Virus record (IMG/VR): IMGVR_UViG_3300031951_000126
Coordinates: 2,430-66,429 of that record
Source: a virus
Direction: 5' to 3' (one strand)
DNA length: 64,000 nucleotides
Part shown: positions 1-8,529 of the stretch, one piece after another
How the letters are laid out: each line of letters opens with the position of its first letter
How positions within the stretch are numbered: position 1 is the first letter of the stretch
The notes under the pieces: model-generated
What the model was told of the DNA's origin: nothing
The model's database searches: none
The model's input: only the letters and a program-made list of their open reading frames with translations
Translations under genes and position numbers: made by a program

Positions 1-2
1 AG

Positions 3-56
3 GGCCAGATGGCTAAGGCTCAATACTTGAAGCAGACTGCTAAGAAGAAGAAGTAA
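3..56 (+). CDS. C-terminus of a small Lys-rich protein (partial)
   Basis: Frame reads ...GQMAKAQYLKQTAKKKK*; the TAA overlaps the next ATG (TAATG). Confidence 0.6.
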   Translation, partial: GQMAKAQYLKQTAKKKK

Positions 57-175
57 TGGCTAAGTCACTAGGAAACGGGGCCAAGATGACCTTTGGCAAG
101 CGCAAGGAGGGGAAGCCTTTCAAGCGAAAGTCTCCCAAGGATAAGAATGTTAAACCAACAAGGGGACAGGGATAA
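56..175 (+). CDS. small basic protein, 39 aa (not in ORF track)
   Basis: MAKSLGNGAKMTFGKRKEGKPFKRKSPKDKNVKPTRGQG*; TAATG coupling at both ends. Confidence 0.7.
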   Translation: MAKSLGNGAKMTFGKRKEGKPFKRKSPKDKNVKPTRGQG

Positions 176-330
176 TGGCAAAAGCAGGATTATACGCAAA
201 CATCAACGCCAAGCGCAAGAGAATTGCTGCTGGATCAGGCGAGAAGATGAGGGAACCCGGCAGCAAGGGTGCGCCTAAGTTGAAGGACTTTATCAAGTCC
301 AAGCTGACCGCTAAAAAGAAAAACAAATAA
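175..330 (+). CDS. small basic phage protein, 51 aa (GLYANINAKRKRI type; not in ORF track)
   Basis: MAKAGLYANINAKRKRIAAGSGEKMREPGSKGAPKLKDFIKSKLTAKKKNK*; recognisable motif of aquatic-phage basic proteins. Confidence 0.8.
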   Translation: MAKAGLYANINAKRKRIAAGSGEKMREPGSKGAPKLKDFIKSKLTAKKKNK

Positions 331-347
331 TCTAAAAATCGAACACA

Positions 348-614
348 ATGGCAATTCGCAAAGCAAAACAGACGGATCCAAAAAAAACTAATAGCTCTAG
401 CGCTACCTCTAATACAAAACCAACTTATCAAACACCTCCAGATATTCGTTCAAAATACGATCAAATGAGGTCTGAGAACACACAAAAAGCGCTTCAAAAG
501 TCTAGAGAAACTTCATCATCAGCCCCCAAGAAGCAACTAATGAAGAAGACTGTTAAGGTTTCTGGGTCTACTCCAAAGAAACAATTGATGATGAAAACAA
601 CAAAGGTAAAATAA
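348..614 (+). CDS. small basic low-complexity protein
   Basis: K/S/T-rich with a duplicated PKKQLM(K/M)KT motif; TAATG coupling to next gene. Confidence 0.7.
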   Translation: MAIRKAKQTDPKKTNSSSATSNTKPTYQTPPDIRSKYDQMRSENTQKALQKSRETSSSAPKKQLMKKTVKVSGSTPKKQLMMKTTKVK

Positions 615-877
615 TGGCCAAGTCACCAGCATGGCAACGTAAGGAAGGCAAGAATCCCGAAGGAGGTTTGAACGCTAAGGGTCGAGCTGCTTACAAGCGA
701 GAGACTGGAGGTACGTTGAAACCGCCGGTGTCTGCTAAACAGGCCAAGAAATCACCCAAGTCTGCTGCTCGTCGTAAGTCGTTCTGTGCAAGGATGGGTG
801 GTATGCCTGGTCCCATGAAGAAACCAAATGGCAAACCCACTCGGAAGGCGTTAGCTCTTCGCAAGTGGGATTGTTAA
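614..877 (+). CDS. small basic phage protein (DUF6321-like)
   Basis: AWQRKEGKNPEGGLNAKGRA...RRKSFCARM...ALRKWDC signature. Confidence 0.85.
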   Translation: MAKSPAWQRKEGKNPEGGLNAKGRAAYKRETGGTLKPPVSAKQAKKSPKSAARRKSFCARMGGMPGPMKKPNGKPTRKALALRKWDC

Positions 878-920
878 AGATGCACGGGTTGTGTAGACGG
901 CCCGTTGTAGTTACGACTAA

Positions 921-945
921 AGCCGGGGTAATTCCCGGTTTTTTT
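921..945 (+). terminator. intrinsic terminator after the basic-protein cluster
   Basis: GCCGGG-GTAATT-CCCGGT followed by a T-run; convergent genes follow. Confidence 0.8.
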
Positions 946-1036
946 ATTTGTCAGACCGCTCTACGATCTTGACGATTGCGTATGCTAGAATATACAGGGC
1001 GCACATGGCCATTAGTCCCGTGATGTAAATGTCCAT
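944..1036 (-). CDS. 30-aa single-TM micro-protein
   Basis: MDIYITGLMAMCALYILAYAIVKIVERSDK*. Confidence 0.55.
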   Translation of the reverse strand: MDIYITGLMAMCALYILAYAIVKIVERSDK

Positions 1037-1131
1037 ATGAAGAGGATGTAGATTAGGGTTAGGATGAGGTAGTAAATGACCACGGTGACCCAGTGGGGCT
1101 TGTTGAGTTCCCACCGGACCATCCGGAGCAT
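1012..1131 (-). CDS. 39-aa single-TM micro-protein
   Basis: MLRMVRWELNKPHWVTVVIYYLILTLIYILFIWTFTSRD*. Confidence 0.55.
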   Translation of the reverse strand: MLRMVRWELNKPHWVTVVIYYLILTLIYILFIWTFTSRD

Positions 1132-1136
1132 TTTTC

Positions 1137-1259
1137 TTACATTAGATTTACACATACTTGAATGAGGTAGAATGTTGCAACCCCTAGGGCAATCATGACC
1201 AGGTAGGGGATCAGGGTTTCAAATTCCCGGCTGTTAAAAAAGTTATACTTCTTGTTCAT
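1137..1259 (-). CDS. 40-aa single-TM micro-protein
   Basis: MNKKYNFFNSREFETLIPYLVMIALGVATFYLIQVCVNLM*; A-rich initiation region AAAAACAAACGAAATG. Confidence 0.6.
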   Translation of the reverse strand: MNKKYNFFNSREFETLIPYLVMIALGVATFYLIQVCVNLM

Positions 1260-1331
1260 TTCGTTTGTTTTTGTAACAAATCTGGTAAAAATTTGTTACA
1301 GGTTTTGTTACAATTCTTCAAATATTTGTGA

Positions 1332-1544
1332 CTACATCTTCATAATCTTCTTGAGATACAGTGCCAGATCAAGCGCCTCCTCGTATGCGTGTTGAATCCA
1401 CTCTTTCTGATTTAGGTCATTCCGGTCCATTGTCTTCTTGTACTCGGAGTATCCCTTCTTCTCACGCATGATCAAGTCTACAACCACTTCATTGAGAAGG
1501 TCCGATGCGTGTTTTATCGGCTTATCGTTGCTTGTATGTCCCAT
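1332..1544 (-). CDS. small all-alpha protein, MazG/dNTP pyrophosphohydrolase-like
   Basis: REKKGYSEY..TMDRNDL...WIQHAYEEALDLALYL motif. Confidence 0.55.
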   Translation of the reverse strand: MGHTSNDKPIKHASDLLNEVVVDLIMREKKGYSEYKKTMDRNDLNQKEWIQHAYEEALDLALYLKKIMKM

Positions 1545-1702
1545 CTGTATTTATGCCAGTTTCGTTCAGTTCCCATCATTTTATCCAGCTTCCAGCAGTC
1601 GTTGAGGGCCTTGGATTTGGCCAGTTCGGGGGTCTTAGCCCTTGCCTTGGCGTTGTGAACTAGCGTATCGCCGTCCCAAACCGTTATTACGTAATTATTC
1701 AT
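1514..1702 (-). CDS. hypothetical protein
   Basis: Start reassigned to MNNYVITV; overlaps flanking genes as in an operon. Confidence 0.55.
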   Translation of the reverse strand: MNNYVITVWDGDTLVHNAKARAKTPELAKSKALNDCWKLDKMMGTERNWHKYRWDIQATISR

Positions 1703-1886
1703 GTATCTCGTAGGTTGAATTTTTCCACACACGCACCTGATCGCTGGTAAAGTGCTTGATTTCCCCTCCATTTAGGAGAACGACCGTTATCTCGTCATTT
1801 TCCAGCATCCCCCCTGCCGTTATGTAGAGGATGTATCCGTCTCCAAGGGGAGTCGTAACTGGGATTGGTGAAGGGGGAAAGGTCAT
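1695..1886 (-). CDS. hypothetical protein (small beta-barrel-like)
   Basis: PIPVTTPLGDGYILY...GEIKHFTSDQVR; recurrent small phage family. Confidence 0.6.
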   Translation of the reverse strand: MTFPPSPIPVTTPLGDGYILYITAGGMLENDEITVVLLNGGEIKHFTSDQVRVWKNSTYEIHE

Positions 1887-1894
1887 CCTTGCAC

Positions 1895-2368
1895 TTAATG
1901 AGTAGATTCTCCACTTCGTCCATCTTCATCGACTTCAATCCCGGCAGGTTGTTCTTCACCACCGTGGTGATCAGATCCTGATCCATCTGTGGTCTCCACT
2001 CCGTTAGCTGCTGGATTAGATGCTCCTTCAGCGCTTGCTTGGTTCTTTTCATCTATTTGTCGTTTTATGTCCGAAATTCCTTGATTTACTACCTCCCAAT
2101 ACTCTACCTGCAAGGTTGCGAGGTTCTGGAGCGTGATTTCCATCAAATCTACCGTCTTTAGGTACGCATCACCACCCTCAATGTCTCCCATGAGCTTAAA
2201 CACGGGCATAAGCTCGCGTTCCAGCTTAGAAATAAGGTTTTTTGAGTGCATTTTGAGGTCATGCTTGAAGAAATTCAAGTCTACACACTCGTCGTGACAC
2301 TGGGCATAGATTTGTTGTGCGCCTAATGCGGTCACAATCAGTCGTTTTTTTCTTTCGAGATCGTTCAT
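1895..2368 (-). CDS. hypothetical protein with acidic tail
   Basis: 157-aa ORF with A-rich initiation region. Confidence 0.7.
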   Translation of the reverse strand: MNDLERKKRLIVTALGAQQIYAQCHDECVDLNFFKHDLKMHSKNLISKLERELMPVFKLMGDIEGGDAYLKTVDLMEITLQNLATLQVEYWEVVNQGISDIKRQIDEKNQASAEGASNPAANGVETTDGSGSDHHGGEEQPAGIEVDEDGRSGESTH

Positions 2369-2427
2369 TTCGTTTAATTATGTGGCGAATTTACAACACG
2401 AGAGGAGTTAATGCAAGGATTTTAACA

Positions 2428-2682
2428 TTAATTTGCGCTAAACATAAAGCTCACGTCGCTCATAATGATCTCGTCTACCTGTTCCATAGAAAGCCCTACG
2501 ATAAAGTCGTCACCACCGGAACTTACCATACATAGGTTCTTGTAATTTTGATAGGGTCGTACATTATCGATGCTGTAGAATATAGCAGGCTCGCATTCGT
2601 ACTTATCGGGAGTAACCCCAACCAAGTCAGCCAACCGTTTTTCTTCGGTATCAATCACCACAGGTAGTATGACTCTCAGCAT
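2428..2682 (-). CDS. hypothetical protein
   Basis: 84-aa ORF abutting the upstream gene. Confidence 0.65.
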   Translation of the reverse strand: MLRVILPVVIDTEEKRLADLVGVTPDKYECEPAIFYSIDNVRPYQNYKNLCMVSSGGDDFIVGLSMEQVDEIIMSDVSFMFSAN

Positions 2683-2683
2683 A

Positions 2684-2926
2684 TTAGTCCAAATTTACTC
2701 GTCTGTAACCAAGCGCCCATAAGAAGTCTGAGATTTTTATCCCGTACTCTTCAACATACTGCTCATCCCAATGTTTGAACTCGTGATGAAGATATTCGTG
2801 GATTATTACCTCTAGATGTTCCTTTGCGGGGAGACGCGGATCAATTTCAATCAAGCCGTCCTCATGGTAAAGACCCCTAGCCTTTTCCCTGCCCAACTTG
2901 CGATATTTGATCCTCGGATTCTCCAT
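2684..2926 (-). CDS. minimal zincin-like (HExxH) protein
   Basis: G.YH..GLIEIDPRL...IIHEYLHH...E..VE pattern. Confidence 0.65.
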   Translation of the reverse strand: MENPRIKYRKLGREKARGLYHEDGLIEIDPRLPAKEHLEVIIHEYLHHEFKHWDEQYVEEYGIKISDFLWALGYRRVNLD

Positions 2927-2993
2927 ACTGCAAAATACAGAAAAAAATTCCACCGGCCCGTAACAAAAACACGCACAAAAATGTTACGAGAGA

Positions 2994-4016
2994 TTATTTA
3001 ATTCTACCCTCTACGATGCGGTAGTTTGTTACCTCAAAATCCTCATTATCAAATACTTTTACGTGTGCAAATCCGTGTGTAAATTTGTTAATTGGCATAT
3101 AGTCAGGGTGGAGTTCGCACAGGCAGGCCACCGACCAGCAGGTTGTAACCTTCCCGTTGATGTTTGGCTCGGTATGCTCCGATGTCTGGTGGTGGTGTCC
3201 GCAGATTGCGTTGTCCTTGGCCCGGAGATAAAGTCCACGAGCGATGTTTACTGGGCTGAACATACTTGAGCCGAATTCGTGTCCATGTAACGCCACCAGC
3301 TTGCCCATTTTAACAAGTTGCTTGTCTGGAATGAACGTGATGTTCAATTTATCCAGATGTAGGATAGATTGCAGGGAAAACTCCTCAATTCCTACAAGGT
3401 CCGATGCGTTATTGATCAGGTAGTGGTCCCAGCGGATATCGTGGTTTCCTGCTTTGAAGTATATTGCTTGTGTAGGGAACAGTCGTCGCAAGGTGTAGAG
3501 AAAGTCTCTTGCCATGTAGATTTCTGTGGCGAGGTCCCTTTTGCGCGGGTCTTTTTGGAAACGGCTGATCGCGTAGAAGTCGATGAGGTCCCCATTAATG
3601 TAGATTGTGTTGACCTCATTTTCAAGGCCGTACTTGAGTGCAGCTGTGAGGGCAGGAATGTTGTGATATGGTACGTGAATGTCGGTGAGAAATAGGATAT
3701 CATTATGATTGACTGGAAATTTATACGGATTGTATTTGTTCTCCTTTGAATCTGGAAGACCCAAGGGATTATTTTCGGGCATCAGCTCATTAATGATTTC
3801 CTCGAATGCGTTTACTATTGCTTGTGGTTTTAGTCGAGCCTTTTTTACCGGCTCTTTATGTGAGTTTTTCTTTTTCCATGCCATAAAAGATCTCTTAAAG
3901 GAATCTAGGCTACATCCAGTTTCGGTTTTGTGCCATTCCTCTTCAAGTTTTTTGTTCTGACTTAGGTCTCGCGAATCGTTGAGAATGTTCAGATAGTTTT
4001 GTACGTTATTTTTCAT
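2994..4016 (-). CDS. calcineurin-like metallophosphoesterase
   Basis: DIH, GDLID, GNHD, HGH and GHHH motifs in canonical order. Confidence 0.9.
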   Translation of the reverse strand: MKNNVQNYLNILNDSRDLSQNKKLEEEWHKTETGCSLDSFKRSFMAWKKKNSHKEPVKKARLKPQAIVNAFEEIINELMPENNPLGLPDSKENKYNPYKFPVNHNDILFLTDIHVPYHNIPALTAALKYGLENEVNTIYINGDLIDFYAISRFQKDPRKRDLATEIYMARDFLYTLRRLFPTQAIYFKAGNHDIRWDHYLINNASDLVGIEEFSLQSILHLDKLNITFIPDKQLVKMGKLVALHGHEFGSSMFSPVNIARGLYLRAKDNAICGHHHQTSEHTEPNINGKVTTCWSVACLCELHPDYMPINKFTHGFAHVKVFDNEDFEVTNYRIVEGRIK

Positions 4017-4052
4017 TTAGTTGATATATTGCAAATATAATCACCATCACCG

Positions 4053-4135
4053 AAAAAAAACCGCCCCTAATCAGGAGCGGTTCACACAAACGAAATGATT
4101 AAAACAAACTGAACTTGCGCCACAACAACGCAACT
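4053..4135 (-). ncRNA. candidate small antisense RNA with its own promoter and terminator
   Basis: TACATTTG promoter (4139-4146, minus), 5' hairpin, U-rich core, terminator ACCGCTCCT-GATT-AGGGGCGGT plus U-run; no ORF. Confidence 0.55.
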
Positions 4136-4167
4136 CAGCAAATGTATCAACAAACATTTTAGTTTGC

Positions 4168-4377
4168 TCATTTTCTTTTGATTACGATGACTTTTTGCTT
4201 TTTATTTTCTGACCTCATTCCCCTCTTCCAAGCCATGTATTTGATTGGGAGTATTGATCCAATCGTTAATGCACAGCCCAATGCACTTGCATAGTTTTTT
4301 TGCACAATAGAAAGTGCAAAACCAATAAAAAATGCAACAAGGAATGACGTGAGTGTAATGTTGGGAAGCTCCAACAT
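4168..4377 (-). CDS. small two-TM membrane protein
   Basis: Two hydrophobic segments and a basic tail; start uncertain. Confidence 0.55.
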   Translation of the reverse strand: MLELPNITLTSFLVAFFIGFALSIVQKNYASALGCALTIGSILPIKYMAWKRGMRSENKKQKVIVIKRK

Positions 4378-4582
4378 ATGTCGAATAAATGATTTTTTTA
4401 GTTCCAAAATATGAATTGTGTTTTTGGGGTTATGTCTCCCATTATGATCAATGTCGCTGGGACGCAAATATACATCGTTTTATTTTCTCCATTTTCAACC
4501 CAGGTAAACCGCTCGAATATCCGTGACTCAATGATTGACATTATGGGGTGATTTTAATTTATCTTTGCTAAAACTAGTGGCT

Positions 4583-4873
4583 ATGAGAAATAAACTTGCC
4601 GGTAAATCTTTGGGGAAATCTAAGTCTGCCAAGCATTATGCAAGTAATGCAGAGTCCAGAGAAAAGAAAGCCGATTATGATAAAAAATATCACTCGACTG
4701 AAGAAAGGAAAAAGTACCGAGCATCCCTTAACCGCGCCAACCGCAAGGCAAATACCTACGGTAATGGCGACGGAAAGGATATGTCCCACACCAAGTCCGG
4801 TAAGATAGTTAAGGAAAAGCAATCTTCTAATAGGGCTAGGAATGGTCATAACGGAAAGTCTTCTAAGAAATAA
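4583..4873 (+). CDS. small basic HNH-like protein (T7 gp7.7-like)
   Basis: R...NRA.R.....GDGKDMSH......SSNRARNG; TATCTTTG promoter at 4560-4567. Confidence 0.65.
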   Translation: MRNKLAGKSLGKSKSAKHYASNAESREKKADYDKKYHSTEERKKYRASLNRANRKANTYGNGDGKDMSHTKSGKIVKEKQSSNRARNGHNGKSSKK

Positions 4874-5141
4874 GTCCGTAGTTTAGCTTATCGTATTGGT
4901 CAAGATTAATCAACTTGCCATCGAATTTTCCACGGTAGGTACAATCGATAATCTCACAATCTCCACTAGTTCCCCAAGCCAAAGCCATTGCGCGGATATG
5001 TTTCTTAACGGCCTCAGTGCTATTGAGTATTTCTGAGGTTTGCAATATTTCGTTGTTTTCCCCAATTGTTCTAACACGAAAGGCGTTAATCTTTTTACCG
5101 TCAATTGTTCGTCTTGCATCTTTGATTTCAATTCTGCCCAT
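4863..5141 (-). CDS. YegP/DUF1508-like protein
   Basis: FRVRTIGENNEILQTSEIL.S..AV...I resembles DUF1508. Confidence 0.5.
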   Translation of the reverse strand: MGRIEIKDARRTIDGKKINAFRVRTIGENNEILQTSEILNSTEAVKKHIRAMALAWGTSGDCEIIDCTYRGKFDGKLINLDQYDKLNYGLIS

Positions 5142-5397
5142 CTTCTATTTTTTTAAGTTCGTTAAATTGTCCACCAAGCCAAAGGTACATATCCTTACCT
5201 GTAAGTTCATACAGTCGCTTATTAATCAACCTCATAAGGCTGTAATCTCTCTTGTAATCTCTAGATGGCTTGTACACACCCTTCTTTTTAGGGTATTTGG
5301 CGTCAGCCTTCAGCATTTTATGCCTTAGTTTCCGAAGGTGCTGTAACTCGGTCGATGTCGATGGAGTAGGAGGCAAGGATATCTGGATTCCGTTCAT
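5128..5397 (-). CDS. hypothetical basic protein
   Basis: 89-aa ORF in the operon. Confidence 0.55.
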   Translation of the reverse strand: MNGIQISLPPTPSTSTELQHLRKLRHKMLKADAKYPKKKGVYKPSRDYKRDYSLMRLINKRLYELTGKDMYLWLGGQFNELKKIEDGQN

Positions 5398-5803
5398 TGA
5401 AAAAGTCTAATAAAAGTTCTTGTTTGGTTGGATCTAGGTCGGCAATGAAGTGACGTATTTTATTGCGGCGTACCGCGTTGTATGAGTAATCACCCCTCAC
5501 GGTTTTGATTGCGTGACAGACAGTTGAATGATCTTTGTTAACTGTTCTGGCAACCTCTGCTAAACTCTTGGTAGAGCAAACTTTTACAGCAGCCATGTAT
5601 ACATGGCGAGCCAAAACTATGTCAGCATAACGCTTATCACTCTTGATATCCGCAGTAACAACATTGAAGTGTTTGCTAACCTTTTCTAATATTTCATTTT
5701 CATGCGGATTATCTACCTTGTGTAGGTATTCGTAAATCTTCGTGAACTCCGCTCGTCTTGTAACCGGAACCATGTCCACTAGGTCTTTGAATGTATATCT
5801 CAT
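5318..5803 (-). CDS. DnaA C-terminal (domain IV)-like HTH DNA-binding protein
   Basis: VSKHFNV...DIKS.KR...IVLARHVYM...SLAEVAR..NKDHSTVCHAIKTV. Confidence 0.85.
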   Translation of the reverse strand: MRYTFKDLVDMVPVTRRAEFTKIYEYLHKVDNPHENEILEKVSKHFNVVTADIKSDKRYADIVLARHVYMAAVKVCSTKSLAEVARTVNKDHSTVCHAIKTVRGDYSYNAVRRNKIRHFIADLDPTKQELLLDFFNERNPDILASYSIDIDRVTAPSETKA

Positions 5804-5821
5804 TGTTCGTTTGTTTAGTTA

Positions 5822-5862
5822 AGCCGTGGCGGGTTTGCTTGCATTTATCCCCCGCCACGACT
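5822..5862 (-). other. intergenic 12-bp hairpin between SSB and the DnaA-C gene
   Basis: AGTCGTGGCGGG...CCCGCCACGGCT; no U-tract. Confidence 0.5.
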
Positions 5863-5873
5863 CTTGGTTAAGA

Positions 5874-6509
5874 TTAGAATGGCAATCCGTCATCGTCCGG
5901 ATCTTCAACCACCTGCGGGGCAGCATATGAATCCAACTTTTTTACAGAGCTAACCGCCTTTACTTGGGGAAGGAAAATATCGTTGAGGTGCTTCTCAAAG
6001 AACTCCTGGCGCTCTGAGTCATCCCACACAACCTGTCCCTTTACCTTGATCTGTTTCATTTCAGGCATATTGCCTGGGTTGTCCTTAGTCCAACCCCACT
6101 TGATGTCTTCCTGGCCATGACGCAGGTACAACATGGTACGTGTCTTTCCGTCGATCTCCTTTGACCACGGGGTAAGAGTAATCTCCTTACCTGCATCAAT
6201 GTTAGGCATTGACAAAAAGAAACCTGATGAGTAACGTGAACTCCACGGCATCTGAATCTGATACTCGTTGTCACCATCTTTCAGAACAACACAGAGCTGA
6301 TCGCCATACCCTTGCTCGGACACTCGCTTGAACACGTCTGTAATATATCCTGACAGAGATGTGTAACGCTCTTCGTACCAAATCTTAGTACCGTCTTTGC
6401 TGTTACACTTAATTGAGCCTGCCGTGCCTTCTGCGACACGCTTGGCAATCTTACCGTTAGAAATACTAAGGTAAGTACGGTTTGATGAACCACCTTGATT
6501 TAATCCCAT
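5874..6509 (-). CDS. single-stranded DNA-binding protein (putative)
   Basis: beta-rich core, acidic C-terminus DPDDDGLPF, next to the helicase. Confidence 0.7.
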   Translation of the reverse strand: MGLNQGGSSNRTYLSISNGKIAKRVAEGTAGSIKCNSKDGTKIWYEERYTSLSGYITDVFKRVSEQGYGDQLCVVLKDGDNEYQIQMPWSSRYSSGFFLSMPNIDAGKEITLTPWSKEIDGKTRTMLYLRHGQEDIKWGWTKDNPGNMPEMKQIKVKGQVVWDDSERQEFFEKHLNDIFLPQVKAVSSVKKLDSYAAPQVVEDPDDDGLPF

Positions 6510-6588
6510 AGATTTTTTGATTAATTAATTGGTTATATTTGCAAATGTAGCATATGTGTTTCTTTTGTGCAAGAAAAAAAATGTTAAA

Positions 6589-8529
6589 TTATTCCCAAGC
6601 CTCCTTGTATCCGTTTGGATGCTGGATATCCTCGTTCCATTCCTTGGCCTCCTTAGAGTCGGTCCAGTTTCTATTTGGTTTAATCGCAGAGGTCTTTGGT
6701 TCCTCAATAGCGGCCTGCACATATCTGCCGTCAATCGCCTGCTGTAGGTAATCAACCCCATCAAACGTAAACCTGCGGGTATTCCTTTGCAACTGAAACT
6801 CAAAGAAGCCCTTTATACCCACGATCTTTTGTCGGCGGATCTTCTTACTGTGGAACTCGCAGATCGGGCTTTCTGGGGCTGTCTGAGCGAACGGACGGTG
6901 GTATATTAGGATGTTATCAGCCTTGTTGTTCCACATCGCACCGTCTGCAAGGTCAAATACCTCCGGACATGGGTAGTTGCCGTCATCACCCTTCCTCATC
7001 TTGTGAGGGTGGACCACGATGTCGAAGTATACGTTGTTCTTTCGTGCGAACCGGGTACAATCCGACAGGAACGTCTCCAGGTACTTGTCGCTGCGTCCTC
7101 CTCCCTTCGTATAATCATTTGCCATTTGATTGAACGGGTCGATGACAACTCGCTCCACACCATGCTTGACGATGAGGGTAAGGAATACCTCCTTAACGTA
7201 TTCGGGAGTAGGGCTTACACTCTTGGGATAAACCATAAAGATGTGTTCCCCAATCATCTTGTACACCTTCATGTACATATCGTATGACGGACGGTTAGGG
7301 TTGTTGGGTGTGCAGTCTTTCCCAAAATAGATCTCCACAAGGTCATGGTAGAACTGCTCCGCCGGTAATTCCTCAGGAGTAAATATGGCCACCTTCTCCC
7401 CGAATCTGACTATTCGGAACACCATCTCCCACTTCATGAACGACGACTTACCATAGTTCCCTATACCGGAAACAATTGTTAAATCGCCCTTCACTCTTTT
7501 GAAGTGTTTGTCAAGTAGTGGAACACCCAGAGGTTGAGCTGCACGATATCCGTGTAAGTAAATGTCGGAAGCCTGCTCCATAACTTCTTCCGCATAAATC
7601 ACGTCATTCGCCGCAATATTCTCCGCATCTTCTGCGGTAATTACAATGTCAACCTCCACTCGGTTAGTCTTACTAACCAACTGATCCTTGGTAAACTCGG
7701 CTGTGTTCCATTGGTTCATATTGGCCCTGTATGCGCTACGAATAGCCTGTCTACACTCGCGTTGGCTGAAACTAGCATCAGGCACAACGTAGGTCATCAT
7801 CATGTTGTAACAGGTCTCCTCAAGCATCCCGAACCGGCAGCAGCTTGCAGCCAACTTGAACACAAAGTGATTCCTTTCCCCCTCGCGGAACGCATCACCC
7901 TTTGATGTCATCCACGTAAGAAGGTTTTGGAATATCTTGTCGTCGTCGTTAATCGTTTCCGTAGTTGTGCTTTGGGGCAACCTTTTATCGGCCTTATTTA
8001 CCGGCAACTTGGAGTAGACCTCTGCGTTCGGGTTGTAATAAAGCTCTGTGTCATACGACTCGAAGCAGAGGCGGGAAACATTACGGCCAGTCTTATCAAT
8101 GTCTGGAAACTCCACCATTAAGGCATCAAAATGCTCTTTATGTTTTGTTTTCCATTCAATTTCGACCAAAGCCTTCAGCCCCTTTCCGGAAGGTGACACC
8201 CAAACAGCCGTGATGTAACTTATAAGTGACAATTCATTTCTCTTTTGGGCAATATTTGTCACATTATCGAAATCAAGCACGATGTATCCGGAGTGTTCGA
8301 CAAGTTCGGAGTCCTTTCTTTTGGAGAATGTGCCACTAAAACATACAGCGGGGAGTTTTTTCTTTAAATCGTCGGCCTCCTTCTTAGTCTTGGCTTCCCT
8401 CGCCTGTTCGACAAGTACCTTTGATTTTCCAGTCCGAATTCGTTCAAGTGCGCCCAGCACAGTAATTTGGTGTCCTTGCAGGTCGTTGAAGTCTTTGTAG
8501 ATTGATACCTTACCATGTATTGTTGTCAT
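6589..8529 (-). CDS. primase-helicase: VirE-N/BT4734-like + PriCT + SF4 (DnaB-like) helicase
   Basis: KKKLPAVCFSGTF, LDFD, SPSGKGLK; GERN (PriCT); Walker A GIGNYGKS, VIDPFN, VVHPHK, WNNKAD. Confidence 0.9.
   Translation of the reverse strand: MTTIHGKVSIYKDFNDLQGHQITVLGALERIRTGKSKVLVEQAREAKTKKEADDLKKKLPAVCFSGTFSKRKDSELVEHSGYIVLDFDNVTNIAQKRNELSLISYITAVWVSPSGKGLKALVEIEWKTKHKEHFDALMVEFPDIDKTGRNVSRLCFESYDTELYYNPNAEVYSKLPVNKADKRLPQSTTTETINDDDKIFQNLLTWMTSKGDAFREGERNHFVFKLAASCCRFGMLEETCYNMMMTYVVPDASFSQRECRQAIRSAYRANMNQWNTAEFTKDQLVSKTNRVEVDIVITAEDAENIAANDVIYAEEVMEQASDIYLHGYRAAQPLGVPLLDKHFKRVKGDLTIVSGIGNYGKSSFMKWEMVFRIVRFGEKVAIFTPEELPAEQFYHDLVEIYFGKDCTPNNPNRPSYDMYMKVYKMIGEHIFMVYPKSVSPTPEYVKEVFLTLIVKHGVERVVIDPFNQMANDYTKGGGRSDKYLETFLSDCTRFARKNNVYFDIVVHPHKMRKGDDGNYPCPEVFDLADGAMWNNKADNILIYHRPFAQTAPESPICEFHSKKIRRQKIVGIKGFFEFQLQRNTRRFTFDGVDYLQQAIDGRYVQAAIEEPKTSAIKPNRNWTDSKEAKEWNEDIQHPNGYKEAWE

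Noticed and set aside
93-431. Track ORFs 93-278 (+) and 150-431 (-)
   Set aside because: Shadows of the coupled basic ORFs 56-175 and 175-330.
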